DNA of 64,000 bases, from the NCBI GenBank assembly GCA_017635395.1, contig JAGBLN010000034.1:9743-73742 (forward strand). The letters are read 5' to 3'. This document shows, piece by piece, positions 57,733-64,000 of the stretch (position 1 is the first letter of the stretch; each line of letters starts with the position of its first letter). Source of the stretch: Lachnospiraceae bacterium. Its GTDB lineage: Bacteria; Bacillota; Clostridia; Lachnospirales; Lachnospiraceae. Both the position numbers and the translations under genes were made by a program. The notes beneath the pieces were generated by a model. It worked only from the letters and a program-made list of their open reading frames with translations, did not search any database and was not told the DNA's origin.

Positions 57733-57899
57733 GTCTTGCAGGGTGGACATGATCTCTGCGATTGAGAATGAATCGCGCCTCCTGGCAACATGAAGGGGCT
57801 CATGTGGGGTTCGACTCCCCTTCTTACATAGTACGCCCAGTACATACACATATGTACAGATTATTATGTATTTTTACTACTTATTGTCAACTGTAAGAC
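57733..57899 (+). ncRNA. Putative structured ncRNA with tRNA-like T-arm downstream of the DIP1984-like gene
   Basis: Closing stem GTCTTGCAG/CTGTAAGAC enclosing several hairpins, including GGGG-TTCGACT-CCCC. Confidence 0.6.
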
Positions 57900-57929
57900 G
57901 AGGGCTGGGAACGGGGATAAAATCAATAC

Positions 57930-58568
57930 ATGGTATTTAAGCTTGATGAGAACCGAATAGCTTTTCCGGATCCGACACTGGCGGATGATGACGGCCTATT
58001 GGCTGTAGGCGGGGACCTGTGCATTGACCGGTTGTTGCTGGCATATTCACATGGAATATTTCCCTGGTATGGGCCTGATCAGCCAATTATGTGGTGGTGT
58101 CCGAAGAAAAGGTTCGTCATACGGCCGGAAAAAATCCATATATCCCATTCTTTGTCAAAATATATGAGAAAGCATGATGTGGAGGTTGTGATAGAGCGGG
58201 ATTTTTCCGATACCATGCACAGATGCAGGGTAAAGCGCGAAAGCAATGTGGGGACCTGGATAACGGACGAGATGGAAGAGGCTTATGCTACATTGAACCG
58301 TGAAGGTTATGCCATGGCGGTCGAGTCAAAAGTGGACGGAGTGATAGCCGGAGGTCTGTACGGCGTAGTTATTGGAAAGAATTTCTTCGGGGAGAGCATG
58401 TATTCGGACCATGAAAACGGATCGAAATTAGCGCTTGTAATGCTTGCAGGACTTCTTAATAAGGCAGGAACTCCCATGATAGACTGCCAGTTTCATACGG
58501 ATTTCTTGGAAAGTATGGGCGGTGAGTACATATCCTATGAAGAGTATATGGAAAATTTGGTTCGATAA
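57930..58568 (+). CDS. aat: Leucyl/phenylalanyl-tRNA--protein transferase
   Basis: FPDP, GLLAVGGDL, AYSHGIFPW, GTWIT, GGLYGV, FFGESM, IDCQ. Confidence 0.92.
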   Translation: MVFKLDENRIAFPDPTLADDDGLLAVGGDLCIDRLLLAYSHGIFPWYGPDQPIMWWCPKKRFVIRPEKIHISHSLSKYMRKHDVEVVIERDFSDTMHRCRVKRESNVGTWITDEMEEAYATLNREGYAMAVESKVDGVIAGGLYGVVIGKNFFGESMYSDHENGSKLALVMLAGLLNKAGTPMIDCQFHTDFLESMGGEYISYEEYMENLVR

Positions 58569-58591
58569 TTATATATAGTAAGAAAAAACTC

Positions 58592-58621
58592 TTGACGGAC
58601 GGTATGTACTTGTGGTATTCT
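58592..58621 (+). promoter_or_regulatory. Promoter of infC operon
   Basis: TTGACG-N18-TATTCT with extended TG. Confidence 0.6.
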
Positions 58622-58645
58622 TCTCGGGTACGCAAGTACGACAAC

Positions 58646-58779
58646 AAGCAGAGCATTTGCTCTCACCCTGCGACGATTGGGTTTCAGGTGTTAAGTTTTG
58701 AACATTATAAGACACGATGAGTGTTGAATGATATAGAAACTTCGTGAGTGGATGCGCTGTGTAACGTATCCGCTTTTTT
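58646..58779 (+). ncRNA. L20 ribosomal protein leader (attenuator)
   Basis: AAGCAGAGC...GCTCTCACCCTG...CAGG pattern and terminator GTGGATGCG/CGTATCCGC-TTTTTT upstream of infC-rpmI-rplT. Confidence 0.75.
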
Positions 58780-58811
58780 ATTGTGCAAGAGCATATGTGG
58801 AGGGTAAGACA

Positions 58812-59315
58812 ATTAGCGATTTATTGATCAACGGACAGATCCGTGAAAGTGAAGTGCGTGTTATAGGTGAGCACGGTGAGCAGATCGGTGTGGTTTCCAT
58901 TCAGGAAGCTATGAGCATGGCTCAGGAGGCAGATGTAGACCTGATAATGGTTGCGCCTACTGCTAAGCCGCCTGTTTGCAGGTTAGCCGATTATGGCAAG
59001 TACCGTTATGAACAGATGCGCAAGGAAAAGGAAGCAAAGCGTAAGCAGCATGTGGTTGAGATCAAGGAGATAAGGCTTTCACCGAATATCGATACCAATG
59101 ATCTTAATACCAAGGTAAATGCAGCAAGAAAGTTCATTACCAAGGGCGACAGGGTAAAGTTCACTTTGAGATTCCGTGGTCGCGAAATGGCTCATATGTC
59201 AGCATCCAAACATATTCTGGACGATGTCGCAGAAATGCTTAAGGATATCGCTACAGTTGAGAAGGCGCCGAAGCAGGAAGGGCGCACTATGACAATGTTT
59301 TTAGCAAAGCGCTGA
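58812..59315 (+). CDS. infC: Translation initiation factor IF-3 (ATT start)
   Basis: [27 protein letters not shown]; GGAGGG then in-frame ATT at 58812. Confidence 0.93.
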   Translation: MSDLLINGQIRESEVRVIGEHGEQIGVVSIQEAMSMAQEADVDLIMVAPTAKPPVCRLADYGKYRYEQMRKEKEAKRKQHVVEIKEIRLSPNIDTNDLNTKVNAARKFITKGDRVKFTLRFRGREMAHMSASKHILDDVAEMLKDIATVEKAPKQEGRTMTMFLAKR

Positions 59316-59343
59316 GAACAGGAGAATTCAGGAGGAAAAAGAA

Positions 59344-59541
59344 ATGCCTAAAATGAAAACCAGCAAAGCAGCAGCAAAGAGATTCAAAGTGTCCGGTACG
59401 GGTAAGCTTATCCGTAACAAGGCATACAAGAGTCATATTCTGACAAAGAAGTCTACAAAGAGAAAGCGTACTCTTCGTCAGTCAACAGTTACTGATATCA
59501 CAAACGAGAAGAATATGAAGAAGATCCTGCCGTATATCTAA
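59344..59541 (+). CDS. rpmI: 50S ribosomal protein L35
   Basis: MPKMKT...AAKRFK...HILTKK. Confidence 0.95.
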   Translation: MPKMKTSKAAAKRFKVSGTGKLIRNKAYKSHILTKKSTKRKRTLRQSTVTDITNEKNMKKILPYI

Positions 59542-59642
59542 CCGACGGGAAATGTTTTCGAAGATAAAGTAAGGAAAAGGTGACCGGATGGAACGGAAGC
59601 TTCTGAACGGTTACAGAAAAAGAAAGATATGGAGGCATAGAA

Positions 59643-59999
59643 ATGGCAAGGATTAAAGGTGGCGTTAATGCCAAGAAGAGACATAACAGAGTATTGAAAT
59701 TAGCAAAGGGCTATTATGGAGCAAGATCAAAGCAGTATCGTATCGCAAAGCAGTCTGTAATGAGAGCTCTTGCATCTTCTTACGAAGGAAGAAAGCAGAG
59801 AAAGCGTCAGTTCAGACAGCTGTGGATCACACGTATCAATGCTGCAGCAAGACTGAATGGACTTTCCTACAGCAAATTTATGTACGGTCTTAAGCTTGCA
59901 GGCGTAGATATCAATCGCAAGATGCTGGCTGAGATGGCTGTTAATGATGCAGAAGGTTTTGCATCACTTGCAGAACTTGCTAAGGGTAAGATCGCATAA
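59643..59999 (+). CDS. rplT: 50S ribosomal protein L20
   Basis: [31 protein letters not shown]. Confidence 0.96.
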   Translation: MARIKGGVNAKKRHNRVLKLAKGYYGARSKQYRIAKQSVMRALASSYEGRKQRKRQFRQLWITRINAAARLNGLSYSKFMYGLKLAGVDINRKMLAEMAVNDAEGFASLAELAKGKIA

Positions 60000-60025
60000 T
60001 AAGATCATTAGGTCAGGAATTATTC

Positions 60026-60059
60026 AGGGACCGTTCCGGCTATCCGGGACGGTCTTTTT
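60026..60059 (+). terminator. Rho-independent terminator
   Basis: GACCGTTCCGG-CTAT-CCGGGACGGTC followed by TTTTT. Confidence 0.85.
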
Positions 60060-60270
60060 GCATATTAAGCATTTCGCAGGTCATTTCGCGTAGTACAATT
60101 CTTGTATATAACAGCTATATAACATATTCTCTCCCTTTCATACATTTTCAAGCTTTCACCTTGTACAAATTCAATAATTATTTGTTCAAATTACGACCAA
60201 ATTGTGGTAAAATTGTCCTATCCGCAAACAGGGGGGAGCGGAAAATATATAGCCAAAGGAGTGGGAGTTT

Positions 60271-62325
60271 ATGAACGAAAAGAGTAATTCAAGAAAAAAA
60301 GGCAAGATTGACATGCGGGTTACGCTGGTTTTGTATGCATTGATTCCTCTTTTGTGCGCTTCAGTCATCTTAAGCGTTGTGCTTATCAGCAAGAGCACAA
60401 AGGAAATGAGCGATCTTACAAACAAGTCGCTTCTGCAGGTTATCGAGCAGACCGGCGCTGCATTTGACACGGCGGTTATCACCGATGAAAAAATACTGCA
60501 GTCATATGCTGCGGCACCCATAGTTAAGGAATATCTGAAGAATCCCAATGATAAGAAACTGGCCGAAGAAGCTCAGCAGTACACTGTTGATTTCGCTTCA
60601 TCGCTTGAAGGCTGGGAAGGTCTTTATATAGCGGACTGGGATACGCAGGTTATGACGCATTCCGCAGCGCCTGCGATCATAGGCAAGGTACTCAGGGAAG
60701 GTGATTCTCTTACAACACTGCGTGAGCAGATCCTTTCTGCTGACGGCACATATAATACGGGTATAATGACATCTCCCTCGTCGGGGGAGCTGGTAATGTC
60801 GCTTTATTACCCGGTTATGGATAACGGTCAGCCTATAGGTTATGTCGGTGGCGGAATCTTCGTTAAGGACATTGCCTCTAAGATTTCGGATGTATCATCC
60901 CTGGGACACAGCACGGCGTATATTTACTATGTGGATACCGCAGGAACAATGCTTTATCACCCTGATGAGTCCAAAATAGGTAATCCGGTTGAGAATGAAG
61001 CTGTTAAGGGGCTGGTTGCAAAGCTTGAAGCCGGTGAACATCCCGAGCCGGAATGTATCACTTATAAGTACAAGGGTGCCAAGAAATATGCCGCATATTA
61101 CGTGGGCAAGGACGAAGCATATATCGGTGTACTTACTGCAGACAGGAAGGACATAATGTCCGGAATCTCGGCCACAAAGAGATGGACGGTTATCATATGC
61201 ATACTGTGTATCGTAATATTTATGGCAATCGCAATGATCATAGAGAATGTCATTGCAACACCTCTCATAAAGATTGCAAAGGCAGTGGAAACACTCAGTA
61301 CCGGTGATGTGACGGTTGAATGTGATGCAAAATCCAATATCAAGGAGACGGTAAGCATAATCAATGCTTTTAAGGATCTGAAGCAGGCTCTGGCTTCTTC
61401 AATGAGTTCGGTTAAGGATTCCGCATTCAGGCTTAACGATTCCATCATAAGCGTTGATAACAAGACCGGGCAGAATGTTGATTCCATAACCCAGATCAAT
61501 ACCGCTATCAACGAGGTAGCTACCACTTCACAGAGCGTGGCAGAAAATGCCCAGACCATGGCGGAGAAGGCTATCGATCTTGGAAATGATGTAGAGATAC
61601 TTAATGAGAATGTACAGAATCTCTATAATGCATCCCAGACTATAAAGAGTGCAAACAGTGAAGCTTCCGAGTGCATGGAATTCGTGCATAAGGTAGCTGA
61701 TGATTCTGTAGATGCGATGAAGAGCATAGCTGATAAGATCGCAGAGACCAATTCCGCTATCGGTGATATCGGTTCCGCAATACAGGCTATAGAATCAATT
61801 GCAGAGCAGACCAACCTTCTTTCGCTGAATGCTTCCATAGAAGCAGCCCGTGCCGGTGAGGCAGGCAGAGGTTTTGCGGTTGTGGCTGATGAGATCAGAT
61901 CCCTGGCTGATTCTTCGGGACAGTCAGCAGGCGAGATCAAGCAGATCATAGAAAACGTTATTGCTTTGTCAGCTGAGACCGTTGAAATAAGCAACAGGGT
62001 ATTTGATGTCATCACCAAGGAGCAGGCTGATATAGAGCAGGCTCAGGAGAAATTCAATGTGCTGTCAGATTCAGTTGAGGCATCCATTACTGAAATCGAC
62101 AGGATCCGCTCTCTTGCAATCCAGCTGGATCAGATCAAGGCAGAGCTTACAAGCACTACCACAGAGTTGGGCGCTATCTCTGAGGAGCTGGGCGCTTCTG
62201 CAGAAGAGGTTGCTGCCTCCTGTCAGACAGTTACCGAGGCCTGCGTAGATACGCAGTCATCCACCGGTGAGATGCGCACAATTAATGATGATATGTGTGC
62301 AGCAATAGAGTTCTTCAAGGTATAA
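60271..62325 (+). CDS. Methyl-accepting chemotaxis protein with dCache-like sensor
   Basis: Two TMs around LYHPD-containing Cache domain, [34 protein letters not shown]. Confidence 0.93.
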   Translation: MNEKSNSRKKGKIDMRVTLVLYALIPLLCASVILSVVLISKSTKEMSDLTNKSLLQVIEQTGAAFDTAVITDEKILQSYAAAPIVKEYLKNPNDKKLAEEAQQYTVDFASSLEGWEGLYIADWDTQVMTHSAAPAIIGKVLREGDSLTTLREQILSADGTYNTGIMTSPSSGELVMSLYYPVMDNGQPIGYVGGGIFVKDIASKISDVSSLGHSTAYIYYVDTAGTMLYHPDESKIGNPVENEAVKGLVAKLEAGEHPEPECITYKYKGAKKYAAYYVGKDEAYIGVLTADRKDIMSGISATKRWTVIICILCIVIFMAIAMIIENVIATPLIKIAKAVETLSTGDVTVECDAKSNIKETVSIINAFKDLKQALASSMSSVKDSAFRLNDSIISVDNKTGQNVDSITQINTAINEVATTSQSVAENAQTMAEKAIDLGNDVEILNENVQNLYNASQTIKSANSEASECMEFVHKVADDSVDAMKSIADKIAETNSAIGDIGSAIQAIESIAEQTNLLSLNASIEAARAGEAGRGFAVVADEIRSLADSSGQSAGEIKQIIENVIALSAETVEISNRVFDVITKEQADIEQAQEKFNVLSDSVEASITEIDRIRSLAIQLDQIKAELTSTTTELGAISEELGASAEEVAASCQTVTEACVDTQSSTGEMRTINDDMCAAIEFFKV

Positions 62326-62346
62326 CCGGAATATAAAGAATAATGA

Positions 62347-62378
62347 TAAAACGCAGTCATTTTATGGCTGCGTTTTTA
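62347..62378 (+). terminator. Rho-independent terminator (possibly bidirectional)
   Basis: AAAACGCAGTCAT/ATGGCTGCGTTTT. Confidence 0.8.
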
Positions 62379-62510
62379 TGTGGTGAGAACAGTTAAAATG
62401 GGGTATAATATTTACATAAGTATTGGATAGTGGCAACCTTGTATGCCGCAGAATAAAAGCAGAGGATAATGTAACTGAGAGAACCTGACAGTTACAGAAG
62501 AGGATTGATC

Positions 62511-63965
62511 ATGTCTGGCAGATTAGAAGGTCTTGAACCGTCAAAAGTATTCCGTTTTTTTGAAGAAATATGCAGCATTCCCCACGGCTCCTATCATGTT
62601 GACGAGATAAGCCGGTATCTGGAGGATTTTGCTGTCAAAAGAAATCTTAAGGTCATCAGAGACAAAGAGAATAATGTGATAATTTACCGTGATGCATCAG
62701 AGGGCTACGCGGATAAGCCTGTTACCATACTGCAGGGACATATGGATATGGTAGCCGTAAATGACGATCCGGAAGTTGACATGGATGTGACTCCCTTGGA
62801 TGTCTGCCATGACGGTGAATATATTTATGCTAAAGGATCAAGCCTTGGCGGAGATGACGGCATAGCAGTAGCCTATATGCTTGCCATACTTGACGATGAC
62901 AGCATAAAGGCGCCGGCTTTGGAGGCTGTATTTACCACAAATGAAGAAGTGGGCATGGACGGAGCAATAGCGCTTGATGCAGGCCTTCTTAAGGGAAAGA
63001 GGCTTATTAACCTTGATTCAGAAGAGGAGGGCATATTTATAGCCGGTTGTGCAGGCGGCATCAAAATGAAGGCTGGTATTGAACTGGCGCTTTTAGAGAA
63101 CGGAGCAGCATCGGAGAAAGCCTGTGTCAAAGTCTCGGTAAGCGGTCTTTTAGGCGGCCATTCAGGCGAAATGATAATAAAGAACAGGGCAAATGCTATC
63201 AAGATATGCGGACGGCTCCTATATGACATATGCGGTAGATTTGATGTGGACTTTGTAGATATAAAAGGCGGAACAAAGAGCAATGCCATTGCAGATAAGG
63301 CTGAATTTGAGATACTTGTTAATAGCAATGACATTTCTGGTTTGAAAGTTGTTATAGCTGATATAGAACATGAAATCAAGAATGAGTACAGCCAAAAGGA
63401 TGACGGCATAAAGATAATGGTTTCTGAGAGTTCATTGGGTGAAAGATGTGTATTTACAGGAAGTTCGTTAAAGAAACTTGCTTCATTCATTATGGCTATG
63501 CCTGACGGCGTTCAGGCTATGTGCGGCTGGACCGAAGGACTTCCTCTTACATCACTTAATGTAGGCATAATAGAAAGAAAAGACAATATTGTTTATACAT
63601 ACCACGAACTTAGGAGTCAGATGGGCAGCAGCCTGCGCAACTTAAACAAGAGCGTAACGGCGATAGCTGATGCTTTCGGTGCAGTCTGCGAGAATTCATC
63701 CCAGTATCCTGAATGGGAATATCGCGAGTCTTCGCCCCTGCGTGATGAAATGTGCCGGGTATATAAGGAGATGTATTCTGTTGAGCCGAAGATAGAGGTC
63801 ATACATGCTGGCCTTGAGTGTGGCATACTTGCCCAGAAGATAGAGGGCTTTGATGCAGTTTCTATTGGGCCTGATATTTTAGATATACATACGACCAAAG
63901 AAAAATTATCGATAAAGAGTACAGAGCGGGTGTGGGAGTACCTGCTTAGAGTTTTGTCAGCGTAA
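62511..63965 (+). CDS. pepD: Aminoacyl-histidine dipeptidase (M20C)
   Basis: IPHGS, LQGHMDMV, LGGDDG, NEEVG, NLDSEE, GGHSG, IHAGLECG. Confidence 0.9.
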   Translation: MSGRLEGLEPSKVFRFFEEICSIPHGSYHVDEISRYLEDFAVKRNLKVIRDKENNVIIYRDASEGYADKPVTILQGHMDMVAVNDDPEVDMDVTPLDVCHDGEYIYAKGSSLGGDDGIAVAYMLAILDDDSIKAPALEAVFTTNEEVGMDGAIALDAGLLKGKRLINLDSEEEGIFIAGCAGGIKMKAGIELALLENGAASEKACVKVSVSGLLGGHSGEMIIKNRANAIKICGRLLYDICGRFDVDFVDIKGGTKSNAIADKAEFEILVNSNDISGLKVVIADIEHEIKNEYSQKDDGIKIMVSESSLGERCVFTGSSLKKLASFIMAMPDGVQAMCGWTEGLPLTSLNVGIIERKDNIVYTYHELRSQMGSSLRNLNKSVTAIADAFGAVCENSSQYPEWEYRESSPLRDEMCRVYKEMYSVEPKIEVIHAGLECGILAQKIEGFDAVSIGPDILDIHTTKEKLSIKSTERVWEYLLRVLSA

Positions 63966-64000
63966 AGGCAGTACTTTTATGGGGGACGGATCAGTCCGGT

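Noticed and set aside
57750-57830. A real tRNA gene suggested by GGTTCGACTCC
   Set aside because: No canonical D arm, anticodon arm, 7-bp acceptor stem or CCA; kept only as a tRNA-like arm
58752-58811. ATG-initiated N-terminal extension of infC
   Set aside because: Lies in the leader terminator; the ATT start with its RBS is the well-known IF3 autoregulatory feature and is not novel
60000-60270. c-di-GMP riboswitch upstream of the MCP gene
   Set aside because: Only an isolated GCAAAC; the two-stem GEMM architecture is not present
1-64000. CRISPR arrays, rRNA, prophage or integrase genes
   Set aside because: No regularly spaced repeats or such genes were seen on reading the window

Overview
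A 64 kb chromosomal window from a Bacillota bacterium, most likely Lachnospiraceae (Butyrivibrio-like; inferred from gene content and order). Nearly all genes are on the + strand. In order it holds: HAD-like genes, a LacI-sensor/EAL phosphodiesterase, a truncated SCP2 gene, msmK with a palindromic LacI/cre operator, a macro-domain/HTH plus vWA pair, a TPP-riboswitch thiamine-precursor ABC operon, an SH3-NlpC/P60 hydrolase, mbl-flagellar rod genes-recD2-comF-yvyF, cdaA-cdaR-glmM, HPr, leuA, a Wzy-type polysaccharide cluster, a heavy-metal ATPase module with SmtB boxes, an Rpn-family nuclease, a DEDDh exonuclease/small Cys protein/DIP1984-like gene run, aat, L20-leader infC-rpmI-rplT, an MCP and pepD. 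No rRNA, complete tRNA, CRISPR array or intact IS element was seen. The best candidate for an undescribed system is a ~170-nt multi-stem element with a tRNA-type T-loop arm (57733-57899), directly downstream of the DIP1984-like gene and upstream of aat. Other leads: an intragenic small ORF in the Rpn gene, a palindrome between the macro-HTH and vWA genes, and a possible AUA start for cdaR. Family names come from motif recognition by eye; no database searches or folding programs were run.
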